Shown: positions 37,033-47,282 of the stretch, in pieces
Layout of the letters: every line of letters starts with the position of its first letter
Numbering within the stretch: the stretch's first letter is position 1
From: an uncultured Muribaculaceae bacterium
Lineage (GTDB): Bacteria > Bacteroidota > Bacteroidia > Bacteroidales > UBA932
Direction of reading: 5' to 3'
NCBI GenBank assembly: GCA_964449975.1
Contig: CAYVED010000005.1
Span: 2,861-66,860, forward strand
Length of the DNA stretch: 64,000 nucleotides
Notes under the pieces: model-generated
The model's database searches: none
The model's input: the letters and a program-made list of their open reading frames with translations, nothing else
What the model was told of the DNA's origin: nothing
Made by a program: the position numbers and the translations under genes

Positions 37033-38331
37033 ATTAAACGGCGGATGGCATGCGGCATGTCCGGCCAGTTCCGATAATAACCTGCCGGCATCAGCCATAG
37101 ACCGGTCAATATCCGGCTCCAGAGAGTCGAGTCCGTATATTTTTATTCCCGACAAAAAGCCGTTATCCGCTCCGGCTTCATTTACGCCGCAGAAAAGCAC
37201 CAGCGGTTTATTATATTTTGCAGCCAGCCGGGAGATTCCGTCTATAACTTTCCCCTGAAAACTTTGCGAATCTATTTTGCCCTCACCGCTTATTACAATA
37301 TCGGAAGATGCGATCCTCTCTTCAAGCCGTGTGAGAGATGCAAAATATTTCCATCCGCTTATCAGGGCGCCCCCCAAAAAATACATCGCGGCAAAGCCCG
37401 TGCCCCCGGCGGCTCCTGCTCCGGGAACGGCAGCCGACAACGCCGCAGGAGAGCGGTTAATCCCGGCTGCCGTTCCGTTTTGTATAATATCCGCGCGAAT
37501 ATAATTCTCCATTCCGGTCTCAAGCCTCTGTTTTATAGCGGCAGTGGCGCCCTTTTGCGTACCGTACACCATAGTAGCTCCGTTATCTCCCAACAAGGGA
37601 TTGGTTACATCGCATATCACATTCAGAACGGCCTTTTCCCCGTTGCAATTAACAAGAATATTCTCCGGTATCTCTATAGCAGAAATACGCTCCAGATCCT
37701 TCCCGCACATATAGTTTTCCGTAACAGGGTTGCCGCAGGCATCCGAAAAAACAACACCCAAAGCCTGCAACATGCCGGAACCACCGTCGTTGGTAGCACT
37801 TCCCCCAATGGAAAGCGTTATTTCATCTGCGCCTCTGCCCAGAGCATGTTTTATAACCTCCCCCAATCCGTATGTCGTAGTGTAAAGAGGATTACGTTTT
37901 TCCCGTGGCAACAGTTCCAGTCCCGATATTTTCGCCATTTCTATAAAAGCACTTTTACCGTATATTATATAAGATGTGTATATACGTTCTCCGAGCGGGC
38001 CGGCAGCCGTGCAATCCACTCCGGCAAAACGTCCTGTTCCTCTTTGTCCGCAATATTTCTTTACAACGGAAGCGCTTCCGTCCCCGCCATCGGCAATTTC
38101 CACAATATCAAAATGTATAACATTATAGTTAATATTCTCTTTCAAAAAAAAGTCATCTCTAACTAATGTGTTATTTGATCTTATATTAAGAGACTTATCC
38201 TCGGCATATTTCTCTATTCCTCTCCGTATTGCCTGCGCCGCTTCCAGAGAGGTAAGACTCCCCTTAAATTTATCGGTTGCAATAAGAATTTTTAAAGAAT
38301 TGGTTTTCTCTCCTTGTTTTTCCGCTCTCAT
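37024..38331 (-). CDS. glycerate kinase
   Basis: [35 protein letters not shown] and GEGKIDSQS motifs. It has an N-terminal extension and an internal insertion relative to typical members of about 380 aa. Confidence 0.8.
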   Translation of the reverse strand: MRAEKQGEKTNSLKILIATDKFKGSLTSLEAAQAIRRGIEKYAEDKSLNIRSNNTLVRDDFFLKENINYNVIHFDIVEIADGGDGSASVVKKYCGQRGTGRFAGVDCTAAGPLGERIYTSYIIYGKSAFIEMAKISGLELLPREKRNPLYTTTYGLGEVIKHALGRGADEITLSIGGSATNDGGSGMLQALGVVFSDACGNPVTENYMCGKDLERISAIEIPENILVNCNGEKAVLNVICDVTNPLLGDNGATMVYGTQKGATAAIKQRLETGMENYIRADIIQNGTAAGINRSPAALSAAVPGAGAAGGTGFAAMYFLGGALISGWKYFASLTRLEERIASSDIVISGEGKIDSQSFQGKVIDGISRLAAKYNKPLVLFCGVNEAGADNGFLSGIKIYGLDSLEPDIDRSMADAGRLLSELAGHAACHPPFNLK

Positions 38332-38397
38332 TTTTCTACATTTGAATTTTTATCGGGATATAAATATAATCATATATTGCACATAAAATTTATAAAC

Positions 38398-40494
38398 ATG
38401 AGAAAAATTAGCTTATTACTGATTTTCGCCCTTGTGCTAGGCTCCCTGCCGGTTAAGGGTGACGAGGGTATGTGGATGCTTCCGTTATTGGAGAAGTTGA
38501 ACATAAAAAAGATGCAGGAAATGGGGCTTAAGCTCTCTGCAGAAGAGATTTACAGCATTAACAATTCCAGCCTGAAAGATGCCATAGTTCAATTCGGAGG
38601 CGGTTGTACTGCCGAAATAGTTTCGGATAAAGGACTTTTATTTACAAATCACCATTGCGGATACGGGGCTATACAGAAACTAAGTACCGTAGAACATGAT
38701 TACCTGAAGGACGGATACTGGGCCATGAATCTTAAAGAAGAACTTCCGGCAGAGGGACTTACCATTACATTTATAGATAAATTTACAGATGTTACGGCAC
38801 GTATAGAGAAAGCCATTGTAAAAGCAAAAAACGCTGAGGATAAAAAGAAACGTTACAACAAAGAGGTAGAAGCTATAGTAAAAGAGGCCGTTGCAAAAGA
38901 TGCTACGCTAAAAGCGCGTGTAACCGATTTCTATAACGGTAATCAGTACTTCCTGATAACCGGCCGTACTTTTTATGATATACGTTTTGTAGGGGCTCCG
39001 CCGTCCTCGATAGGTAAGTTCGGAGCCGATACAGATAACTGGATGTGGCCGAGACATACGGGAGATTTTTCCGTATTCAGGATATACGCGGATAAAGATA
39101 ATAATCCTGCAAAATATTCTCCGGACAACGTACCTTATATTCCTAAACAGTCTCTTAAAATATCTCTGAAAGGAATAAAGCCTAACGACTATACAATGAT
39201 AATGGGATTCCCCGGACGTACGACAAGGTTTATGACATCCGAAGAAGCTAAGGAGACCCAGGATATTAATAATGCCATAAGCATCTATACAAGAGGCATC
39301 AAGCAGGACATCTGGATGGAAGACATGCAGGCGGATCCTAAAATAAGGATACAGTATTCCAGCAAATATGCAGGTTCTTCAAACGGCTGGAAAAAATGGA
39401 TAGGAATGAACGAAACTTTCGATAAACTGAAAGTTGTAGAACGCAGAGCTGCAGACGAGGCCGAATTTATGGAGTGGGTAAATGCAGATCCGGGAAGAGC
39501 GGAAAAATACGGCAAAGCTCTTGAGAAAATAAATACGGCGGTTAAGAACAGAGCGGTTGCAGCATATAATTACAAGTATCTGAATGAGACTCTTAACAGC
39601 ATCGAACTGCTAAGGCTTACAAGCCCTCGTGCGGCGGCCAACCTAAATGCATTTTTCAAAGATTATTCTCTCCCGACTGATAAAAAACTGGCAAAGGCCG
39701 TGATAAAAATATATAAAGAGAAAGCCGATGCCAAATTCCTGCCTTCTTTCTACGGTATAATAGACTCCCAGTTCGGCGGAGATATAGATAAATATGTAGA
39801 TAATATGTATGCCTTTTCGGTTTATGCGGATCAGGCAAAATTAAAAACCGCTCTGGAGTCTAAAACCGACCTGTCGGCAGATCCGGTAAAAATCATGGCA
39901 AATTCCATAACGGAGGTGAATAAAAAGCTCCGGGATCTTCTTCTGAAAGATGCGGACATGTATAACGAAGGTAAAAAAGAGTATGTCGCAGGCATTATGG
40001 AGATGAATAGGGATAATCCTATGTATCCGGATGCTAACTTTACCATGCGCCTTACTTACGGACAAGTTCTGCCTTACTCTCCAAGGGATGCCGTAGAGTA
40101 TGATTATATCACCACCCTTGATGGAGTTATGCAGAAAGAAGATCCGGATAACTGGGAGTTTGTAGTTCCGGTAAAACTTAAAGATCTTTATAAGGCTCAG
40201 GATTATGTAAATTCAAAATACGGCTCTTATGCTTTGGAAAACGGTAAAATGCCTGTAGCTTTTATCTCCAACAATGATATTACCGGCGGTAATTCCGGAA
40301 GTCCCATACTTAATGATAAAGGCGAACTGCTCGGCCTCGCTTTTGACGGAAACTGGGAAGCAATGAGCGGAGACGTTATTTTCGAGCCTTCGCTGCAAAG
40401 ATGTATAAACGTAGATATTCGTTATGTATTGTTTATCATAGACAAGTTCGGAGGAGCAGGATATTTGCTTGATGAAATGAAAATCGTAAGATAA
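38398..40494 (+). CDS. S46 family dipeptidyl-peptidase (DPP7-type)
   Basis: DEGMWML after the signal peptide, TNHHCGY (His), and GGNSGSP (Ser). FDGNWE has Gly where DPP11 has Arg, which as I recall suggests DPP7-like specificity. The internal ATG at 38398 is preferred. Confidence 0.9.
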   Translation: MRKISLLLIFALVLGSLPVKGDEGMWMLPLLEKLNIKKMQEMGLKLSAEEIYSINNSSLKDAIVQFGGGCTAEIVSDKGLLFTNHHCGYGAIQKLSTVEHDYLKDGYWAMNLKEELPAEGLTITFIDKFTDVTARIEKAIVKAKNAEDKKKRYNKEVEAIVKEAVAKDATLKARVTDFYNGNQYFLITGRTFYDIRFVGAPPSSIGKFGADTDNWMWPRHTGDFSVFRIYADKDNNPAKYSPDNVPYIPKQSLKISLKGIKPNDYTMIMGFPGRTTRFMTSEEAKETQDINNAISIYTRGIKQDIWMEDMQADPKIRIQYSSKYAGSSNGWKKWIGMNETFDKLKVVERRAADEAEFMEWVNADPGRAEKYGKALEKINTAVKNRAVAAYNYKYLNETLNSIELLRLTSPRAAANLNAFFKDYSLPTDKKLAKAVIKIYKEKADAKFLPSFYGIIDSQFGGDIDKYVDNMYAFSVYADQAKLKTALESKTDLSADPVKIMANSITEVNKKLRDLLLKDADMYNEGKKEYVAGIMEMNRDNPMYPDANFTMRLTYGQVLPYSPRDAVEYDYITTLDGVMQKEDPDNWEFVVPVKLKDLYKAQDYVNSKYGSYALENGKMPVAFISNNDITGGNSGSPILNDKGELLGLAFDGNWEAMSGDVIFEPSLQRCINVDIRYVLFIIDKFGGAGYLLDEMKIVR

Positions 40495-40545
40495 GTTATA
40501 TGATATTTTAACCGCCGGACACTGATTACGGCAGATTATAACAGC

Positions 40546-40578
40546 AACAGGGCCGTCTGCTTCCGGGACGGCCTTGTT
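40546..40578 (+). terminator. hairpin downstream of the S46 peptidase gene
   Basis: 12-bp stem aacagggccgtc / gacggccttgtt (one G-U pair), 9-nt loop and a weak T tail. Confidence 0.5.
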
Positions 40579-40632
40579 CTATAATAAGGCATAACGAAAA
40601 TAATCCGGATTGTTTTATACTAAAACTATGAT

Positions 40633-40640
40633 TAATTTTG
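40633..40640 (+). promoter_or_regulatory. candidate -7 promoter box (TAATTTTG) for the Mrp gene
   Basis: TAnnTTTG match 22 nt upstream of the ATG at 40663. Confidence 0.45.
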
Positions 40641-40662
40641 CCGTAATAAACAAGCTGCTTAC

Positions 40663-41799
40663 ATGACAACAAAAGATATTGAAAAAGTGTTGGATGAGGT
40701 GATTCATCCCGCATTTGAGAAGAGCGTTATCGCCCTGGAACTTATCGAGGATATAAAAATCTATGCCGAAACAAAAAAAATCAGACTAAAATTGGTTTTC
40801 AAGTCTCCCGACGCCCTGGCTTCAAGCATAAAAAAAGCATGCGAAGAGGCGGTCTCAAATGCTTTCCCCGGTTTTGAAATAAGTATTATAGAAATGGTGA
40901 GAGAGGGGACAAAGCCTAAAAAGAAAAATATATTGCAGTTGGGGCAGGAGCAACTGGAGCATGTAGGAAAAATTATAGCGGTCGCATCCGGAAAAGGCGG
41001 GGTGGGGAAATCTACCGTTTCCGTAAATCTTGCGGTAACCCTTGCTCAAATGGGATATAAAGTGGGACTGGCAGATGCGGACGTATACGGGCCATCCATA
41101 CCTAAAATGACCGGAACGGAAGGGAAGATTCCGGAAGTCGAATTTACCTATGGGGACGGATATACGGACGACGGCCGGTCGGCCGGAGCGGATTCAAATT
41201 CCCGTACCGGAGAACATATTGAAGGAGAGCACGGCGGAGTAGTTTCCGAATTGATTATCCCTATAGAAAAATACGGAGTAAAATGGATGTCCATAGGATA
41301 CTTCGCGGCTCCGGGACAAGCTCTTATATGGCGCGGGCCTATGGCATGCAATGCTCTTAAACAAATGATATTACAGGTAAAATGGGGAGAACTGGACTTT
41401 CTGCTGTTCGATCTTCCTCCGGGAACAGGGGATATTCATATAAGCCTGGTACACGATATTCCGTTATCCGGGGCGATAATAGTAACCACACCCCAGGCCG
41501 TGGCGCTTGCCGACGTAGAAAAGGGAATAAATATGTTCCGTAATAAAGATGTAAACAAGCCTATTTTAGGACTGGTTGAAAATATGGCCTGGTTTACCCC
41601 CGCAGAACTTCCGGATAACAAATATTATATTTTCGGGAAAGACGGAGGTAAGAATATGGCTGAAAAATACGGAGTGCCTTTACTGGGACAGATACCTCTG
41701 ATCCAGAGTATAAGAGAAAGCGGAGATGAAGGCATACCGGCCTCATTAACAGGCAGCTCGCAATACGGGGCATTCGAAGAAATAGCGAAAAAGTTGTAG
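40663..41799 (+). CDS. mrp: Mrp/NBP35 (ApbC) iron-sulfur cluster carrier ATPase
   Basis: N-terminal DUF59-like domain, deviant Walker [12 protein letters not shown], and the DLPPGTGD motif. It carries an insertion of about 35 aa (residues ~160-196). Confidence 0.9.
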   Translation: MTTKDIEKVLDEVIHPAFEKSVIALELIEDIKIYAETKKIRLKLVFKSPDALASSIKKACEEAVSNAFPGFEISIIEMVREGTKPKKKNILQLGQEQLEHVGKIIAVASGKGGVGKSTVSVNLAVTLAQMGYKVGLADADVYGPSIPKMTGTEGKIPEVEFTYGDGYTDDGRSAGADSNSRTGEHIEGEHGGVVSELIIPIEKYGVKWMSIGYFAAPGQALIWRGPMACNALKQMILQVKWGELDFLLFDLPPGTGDIHISLVHDIPLSGAIIVTTPQAVALADVEKGINMFRNKDVNKPILGLVENMAWFTPAELPDNKYYIFGKDGGKNMAEKYGVPLLGQIPLIQSIRESGDEGIPASLTGSSQYGAFEEIAKKL

Positions 41800-41822
41800 C
41801 GCCGACCGGCCCGGCGTTTTTT
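41800..41822 (+). terminator. intrinsic terminator after the Mrp gene
   Basis: cgccg-accggcc-cggcg hairpin followed by TTTTTT. It overlaps the stop of the convergent Smr gene. Confidence 0.55.
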
Positions 41823-43080
41823 ATATAGTCACCATAGTGGCTCCGAAACCGTATTCTTTAAAAGAAGCATCCTGCCATGTACAACGGCTGTACCGGGCTT
41901 TAAGCTCTTTCAGAAGGGCGTTCCGCAATACTCCGTCTCCTTTACCGTGTATGAAAACTATCCGCGTTCCTTTTTTATTCAAACAGGACTTCATAACCTC
42001 ATTGAATTTACCGAGCTGGTATAACAAAATATCGGTACTACTCATTCCGGAAGTGGTTTCCAGCAATTCATGGGCATGCAGATCCACTTCCATTATTCCC
42101 GATGCCGTAATTTTTATAACAGAATCCTCGCTTTCTTTTACAGATTTCGTTTTATTCGCCGTACACGTCTCTTTTATATCTTTACGGAACTTATCTGCAA
42201 GCTCCTTTTGCAATTCCGTAAATTTGTCGGGATTATTACGTCCCTCCTTTATAATATTCACAACATATCCTCTTTCCGGCAAATATTCATTCTCTTTGAA
42301 CATGCTTTCTTTCAGAAGATTAACCGGATCCAGCATAAACTCCTTAACAACAGTGTCCTTAGGTTCCCACGCCCCGGTCTCGTGTATCCCTTTATAAAAA
42401 TTAAAACATCCCTGCGGAATAATACCGCCAGAACCCGTCCGCTTAAAAGGAATAGCCCTTACCTGAACCTTTTTCGCTCCCTGCGCAAGAGCCTCTTTAG
42501 AGAATGTAAATATGATATTGCGCTCATAAGGCAATATTTCTCCGGCGAAAACGGTTGTATGCTTTCCTTTATAGATAACCGTATAAGTTACCAGCAAATT
42601 ATAGTTGCTCTCGTTGACGAGCGTACAGTTAAAAACCTGCGTACCCTGAGAGTTCCCGGAACCCTGATTTATACAGTATTTACCGGTTGCGGCAGAATAC
42701 CGGCCGTCCCGTCCCGTATATATAAGCGCAATATCAAGATCTTCGCCGCTCACGGTCTGTATAAATCTGGTTCCGGAGGAAATTCCCTCTGCTCCGTATA
42801 TATTCTCCGCAACCGGTTTGTTTTCGCAGGGATCATCTATATCCGGTATATCCCCGCCCCTGCCCCGGGTTATTTTCCCCGGAATCCGCACCGCGCCGCT
42901 TTTTGATTTACCTACAATATTCTCTTCCACCACAACACACTCTTTTTGCGGCATGGGTATCCGGAATCCATCTTCGTCCTCAACCAACGCCAGTCCCCTC
43001 TTATCAAATCCGACTACTATCCCGCCTCCCGTCTGATTTAAAAATCTTACTTTATCCCCCGGTTTCATAATGCTTCGCAT
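41821..43080 (-). CDS. DUF2027-like N-terminal domain fused to a C-terminal Smr (small MutS-related) nuclease domain
   Basis: C-terminal VDLHAHEL...IVFIHGKGDGVLRNALLKEL is the Smr signature. The N-terminus KPGDKVRFLNQTGGGIVVGF is typical of the Bacteroidota family. The start could instead be the ATG at 43068. Confidence 0.7.
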   Translation of the reverse strand: MRSIMKPGDKVRFLNQTGGGIVVGFDKRGLALVEDEDGFRIPMPQKECVVVEENIVGKSKSGAVRIPGKITRGRGGDIPDIDDPCENKPVAENIYGAEGISSGTRFIQTVSGEDLDIALIYTGRDGRYSAATGKYCINQGSGNSQGTQVFNCTLVNESNYNLLVTYTVIYKGKHTTVFAGEILPYERNIIFTFSKEALAQGAKKVQVRAIPFKRTGSGGIIPQGCFNFYKGIHETGAWEPKDTVVKEFMLDPVNLLKESMFKENEYLPERGYVVNIIKEGRNNPDKFTELQKELADKFRKDIKETCTANKTKSVKESEDSVIKITASGIMEVDLHAHELLETTSGMSSTDILLYQLGKFNEVMKSCLNKKGTRIVFIHGKGDGVLRNALLKELKARYSRCTWQDASFKEYGFGATMVTI

Positions 43081-43194
43081 TTTTGGGTAATTCTCTATAA
43101 CTTAATATTTTGTTCTTTTTAAAAAATAATACTTATCACTACCTGCGATTTTAGATGACCTGAAAACCAGCCATCTACCCAGAAATGCGAAGCA

Positions 43195-43638
43195 TTATAA
43201 TAACTTTTTAACCAACGCGGAGATCACGCGGCCTTCGGCTTTCCCGGCAAGTTGTCTGGTGGCAACCCCCATAACCTTACCCATATCCTGCGGTCCCGAC
43301 GCACCCAGGGATGCTATTATCTGTCTCAATTCCGCCTCAATCTCGGCTTCCGAAAGCTGCCGTGGAAGATATACCTCCATACATGCCGCCTCCGCCAGTT
43401 CATTATCCGCAAGCTCAGCGCGGTTTTGCTGTTTATATATCTCCGCCGTTTCTTTACGCTGTTTTACAAGTTTCCCGATAATTTTCACCACATCCTCATC
43501 GGATATAGTCTGGGAACCGTCCGCCGTTTTCGCCAAAAGAACAGCCGCCTTTATACCGCGTAAAGATTCGAGCCTGGTTTTCTCTTTAGAAAGCATCGCA
43601 TCCTTTATATCCTGCTGAATCCGGGTCTCTAAACTCAT
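43195..43638 (-). CDS. GatB/YqeY domain protein
   Basis: 147 aa with IKDAMLSKEKTRLESLRGIKAA...QRKETAEIY...YLPRQLSEAE. Confidence 0.85.
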   Translation of the reverse strand: MSLETRIQQDIKDAMLSKEKTRLESLRGIKAAVLLAKTADGSQTISDEDVVKIIGKLVKQRKETAEIYKQQNRAELADNELAEAACMEVYLPRQLSEAEIEAELRQIIASLGASGPQDMGKVMGVATRQLAGKAEGRVISALVKKLL

Positions 43639-43685
43639 AATAAATCCTCCTTAATAATATTTATCATTTTATACAATTTACTTCA

Positions 43686-45452
43686 TTACTCCACTGGAGC
43701 GATACTCTTTAAAAAAAGTTCGTCCATCTGCATATCATCTATATAAGAAGGGGCATCAAGCATCACGTCCCTGCCGTTATTATTCTTAGGGAATGCAATA
43801 TAATCCCTTATGGTTTCCTGTCCGCCGAACAGAGAACAGAAACGGTCGAACCCGAATGCAATTCCCCCGTGAGGCGGAGCGCCGTATTTAAATGCGTTTA
43901 TTATAAAACCAAAACGGTAATCCGCTTCTTCCCCGGAGAATCCGAGCACTTTGAACATCCTTTCCTGTATTTTAGAATCATGTATTCTTATGGAGCCTCC
44001 GCCTACCTCGGTTCCGTTAATTACGAAATCATACGCATTGGCGTTCACCTGCTCCAGATACTCTTTTTTATCGCTGAAAAATTTATCCATATCCTCCGGC
44101 TTAGGCGAGGTGAACGGATGATGCATTGCATAAAAACGCTCCGTTTCTTCATCCCACTCAAGCAACGGAAAATCATACACCCACAGCGGGGCGAAAACAG
44201 AATTATCCCGTAATCCGAGGCGGTTCCCCATTTCCAGGCGGAGCGCCCCCAGCATGCCCTGCGTTTTCTTTTTATCTCCCGACAAAATAAGAATAAGATC
44301 CCCTGTTCCGGCTCCGGTGTTATCCGCAGCAGCCTGCAAGTCCTCCGGAGAATAAAATTTATCTACAGACGACTTAATTCCATCGGGAGTCAATTTTATA
44401 TATACCAGACCCTTTGCTCCTATCTGCGGCCTTTTTACCCACCCGGTAATTTCATCCAGTTGTTTGCGGGTATATCCGGCACATCCCTCCGCTACTATTG
44501 CTCCTATATATTCTGCGGTATCGAATACAGGAAAGCCTCTCCCCTGCATTATCGAGGTAATATCATTCATTTTCATTCCGAAACGTATATCCGGTTTATC
44601 GCATCCGTAATATTCCATTGCGTCAGAATATGAGATACGCGGAAACTCACCTGAAAACTCTTTTCCAAGAACATCTTTAAATAATGATTTTGCAAGTCCT
44701 TCAAACGTATTCAGCACATCCTCCCTCTCTACAAACGACATCTCGCAGTCTATCTGGGTAAATTCGGGCTGACGGTCGGCACGCAGATCTTCATCGCGAA
44801 AACATCTGACGATCTGAAAATATTTATCATATCCGGCAACCATAAGAAGCTGTTTAAATGTTTGAGGACTCTGCGGCAAAGCATAAAACTGCCCCGGATT
44901 CATACGGCTGGGAACTACGAAGTCACGCGCACCTTCCGGAGTCGATTTTATAAGACAGGGCGTCTCTATTTCCAGAAATCCCACGCTGCTAAGATAATTC
45001 CTGGTCTGCTGGGCCATTCTGTGCCTCAACTCCAGAGCCTTTTTAAGCGGACCGCGCCTTAAATCCAGATAACGAAACTGCGCCCTCAACTCTTCTCCGC
45101 CGTCGGTATTATCCTCTATCGTAAACGGAGGAGTTACCGCCGTATTCAGGACTTTAACGGACGTGAGTTTTATCTCTATATCGCCTGTCTCTATCTTACT
45201 ATTCCTGCTCTGTCTTTCCGTAACTATACCGCATGCCTGTATTACATATTCCCGTCCCAGTTTCTCTACCATAGAATTTATCTCTTTACTCTCATTCTCA
45301 TCCGCAACAAGCTGGGTAATACCGTAACGGTCGCGCAGATCAATAAAGTTCAGGCTCCCCATTTTCCTGACCCTCTGCACCCATCCGGCCAGAACGACCT
45401 CCTGGCCTGCATTTGTAATGCGCAATTCTCCGCAAGTGTGTGTTCTGTACAT
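43686..45452 (-). CDS. aspS: aspartate--tRNA ligase
   Basis: [29 protein letters not shown] (motif 2) and [12 protein letters not shown] (motif 3). Length is 588 aa. Confidence 0.95.
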   Translation of the reverse strand: MYRTHTCGELRITNAGQEVVLAGWVQRVRKMGSLNFIDLRDRYGITQLVADENESKEINSMVEKLGREYVIQACGIVTERQSRNSKIETGDIEIKLTSVKVLNTAVTPPFTIEDNTDGGEELRAQFRYLDLRRGPLKKALELRHRMAQQTRNYLSSVGFLEIETPCLIKSTPEGARDFVVPSRMNPGQFYALPQSPQTFKQLLMVAGYDKYFQIVRCFRDEDLRADRQPEFTQIDCEMSFVEREDVLNTFEGLAKSLFKDVLGKEFSGEFPRISYSDAMEYYGCDKPDIRFGMKMNDITSIMQGRGFPVFDTAEYIGAIVAEGCAGYTRKQLDEITGWVKRPQIGAKGLVYIKLTPDGIKSSVDKFYSPEDLQAAADNTGAGTGDLILILSGDKKKTQGMLGALRLEMGNRLGLRDNSVFAPLWVYDFPLLEWDEETERFYAMHHPFTSPKPEDMDKFFSDKKEYLEQVNANAYDFVINGTEVGGGSIRIHDSKIQERMFKVLGFSGEEADYRFGFIINAFKYGAPPHGGIAFGFDRFCSLFGGQETIRDYIAFPKNNNGRDVMLDAPSYIDDMQMDELFLKSIAPVE

Positions 45453-45584
45453 ATTCGTGATTTTAAATTCTTAAAGAATGGGCGAAGTTAGTAAAAAATA
45501 AAATAAGCACGACTTTTGATATTACTTTATCTGTCTGTATTTAAAACTCTTTACATATAAAAGCGTTTATACATAAAAAGGATA

Positions 45585-45682
45585 CAAACTTTTTTGGTTT
45601 GTTACCGAATTTATTTTAAGGATATTTTTAGCTATTTTAAGTTGCTTCCTGCTGCGAACAGCGGAACCTGTTTAACAAGGTA
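45585..45682 (+). repeat. copy 3 of the roughly 98-nt conserved upstream element (reverse orientation on the plus strand, sense to the downstream gene)
   Basis: Reverse complement of 13004-13101 with about 16 differences and 1 gap. It ends 60 nt upstream of the ATG at 45743. Confidence 0.8.
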
Positions 45683-45742
45683 AACAGATAAGAGAAAAAA
45701 GAACTGATAAATATTAACAAATTAAAAATCATTTCCAAGTAT

Positions 45743-46207
45743 ATGAAAATATTTTCAGAAAGATTAAGTAAATTTATGCTGATAATGTTTGGGGCGGCAT
45801 TATTGATATTTCCTGTTACTGCAAATGCAGATGATGACATTCCGGTAACTTTCAACCAGTTGCCTAAGAAAGCCCAGACTTTTATAACCAAGTATTTCTC
45901 GGAAGGGGATATTCTTCTGGCAAAGCTCGACAAAGACTTAATGGAAAAAACGTACACCGTTAAATTCAAAAACGGCAGCGAGATAGATTTTAACGGTTCG
46001 GGAGAGTGGAAAGAGATAGAATGTAAAAACTCAATGGTTCCCAACGGAATTATAGACTCCAGAATAATCTCCAAAGTAAAAGAACTTTATCCGGATCATT
46101 ATATCAAAGAGGTTAAAAAGAACAAACTGAATACCGAAGTAAAACTTTCAAACGGACTCGAACTGAAGTTCGACAAAGTTATAAACCTTATTGATGTAGA
46201 AGATTAA
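45743..46207 (+). CDS. PepSY-like (DUF2874-type) exported protein
   Basis: Signal peptide and duplicated motif LPKKAQTFITKYF...YTVKFKNGSEIDFNGSGEWKEIEC / ...VKLSNGLELKFD. Confidence 0.7.
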   Translation: MKIFSERLSKFMLIMFGAALLIFPVTANADDDIPVTFNQLPKKAQTFITKYFSEGDILLAKLDKDLMEKTYTVKFKNGSEIDFNGSGEWKEIECKNSMVPNGIIDSRIISKVKELYPDHYIKEVKKNKLNTEVKLSNGLELKFDKVINLIDVED

Positions 46208-46300
46208 ATTTCACCCCCTGACGGGAATATTATATATAACGCCGGAAAGAACCGTTTTATAAGCGCTCATTTCCGGCTCTTTTTGTATCTTTGCCACATT

Positions 46301-47206
46301 ATGATGAATATCAGAGCAAAAAAGGCGTTGGGACAACATTTCCTTAAAGACGAGTCCATAGCCAGGAGAATTACGGAAAGCCTCATTCTTCCCGATAAAG
46401 GTCAGGGAAACATAAAGAACACACTGCAAACAATAAATCCGGAAGACCATCTCCATCCGGGCAGCGGAGACCAACAGGGAAAAAATAAAGAAGAAAATCC
46501 CGCTTCCATATTACAGGTACTCGAAATAGGCCCCGGAACCGGAGTGCTGACCAAATACCTTCTGGGAAATCCCCGTATTAAACTTGAACTGGCCGAGATA
46601 GATACCGAATCCGTAGACTACCTCCGCAGTAATTATCCGCAACTTCTCTATACCCTGCAGAAACGTGATTTCCTTACGATGCCGCTGGATAATCTATTTA
46701 AGGAAGAGTTCGCAATAATAGGGAATTTCCCTTATAATATCTCATCGCAAATATTTTTCAAAATACTCGATCACAAAGAACGCATCTCGCAGGTTGTATG
46801 CATGTTACAGAAAGAGGTAGCCGAAAGACTGGCCAGCCCTCCCGGAAATAAATCATACGGCATATTATCGGTCTTATTACAGGCATGGTACAATATCGAA
46901 TACCTGTTCACCGTAAATGAAAACGTATTCCTGCCTCCGCCTAAAGTAAAATCCGGGGTGATCCGCCTTACACGCAACAGCCGGACTTCCCTGGATTGCG
47001 ATCACGGGCTTTTCAGGCAAATCATAAAAACATGTTTCAACCAGCGCCGTAAAACTATCCGCAATTCCATTAAACCGGTGACGACAGCAAAAGGCGTTAC
47101 CCTTCCCGATAATAAATTACTTGACATGAGGCCGGAACAATTATCGGTAGAGCAGTTCGTCGAACTTACAAAACTCGTTTCCTCAAATTTGCCTGAACGT
47201 TTATAG
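46301..47206 (+). CDS. rsmA: 16S rRNA (adenine1518/1519-N6)-dimethyltransferase
   Basis: KKALGQHFL, LEIGPGTG and GNFPYNISS motifs. There is an insertion of about 40 aa between the first two motifs. The ATG at 46301 is preferred over the TTG at 46283. Confidence 0.85.
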   Translation: MMNIRAKKALGQHFLKDESIARRITESLILPDKGQGNIKNTLQTINPEDHLHPGSGDQQGKNKEENPASILQVLEIGPGTGVLTKYLLGNPRIKLELAEIDTESVDYLRSNYPQLLYTLQKRDFLTMPLDNLFKEEFAIIGNFPYNISSQIFFKILDHKERISQVVCMLQKEVAERLASPPGNKSYGILSVLLQAWYNIEYLFTVNENVFLPPPKVKSGVIRLTRNSRTSLDCDHGLFRQIIKTCFNQRRKTIRNSIKPVTTAKGVTLPDNKLLDMRPEQLSVEQFVELTKLVSSNLPERL

Positions 47207-47213
47207 ACAAACA

Positions 47214-47248
47214 AGTAAAAAAAAGTGACTGAATTAAAAATTCAGCCA
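47214..47248 (-). terminator. intrinsic terminator (strong on the minus strand, possibly bidirectional)
   Basis: gtgactgaatt / aattcagccac stem (10/11 pairs), 3-nt loop, and a T8 run on the minus strand (plus-strand A8 at 47214-47222). Confidence 0.7.
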
Positions 47249-47282
47249 CCTCTGTTTATAAGTATCCTCTATAAGAGGAATT

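Noticed and set aside
37264-38166. 300-aa plus-strand ORF antisense to the glycerate kinase gene
   Set aside because: The translation is R/S/C-rich with no recognisable motif, signal or domain. It lies entirely inside a well-supported minus-strand CDS. It is most likely a stop-free antisense frame produced by codon bias.
42070-42906. 278-aa plus-strand ORF antisense to the Smr-domain gene
   Set aside because: The sequence is low-complexity and F/R/I-rich with no motifs. It is fully nested in the opposite-strand CDS, which has a clear Smr signature.
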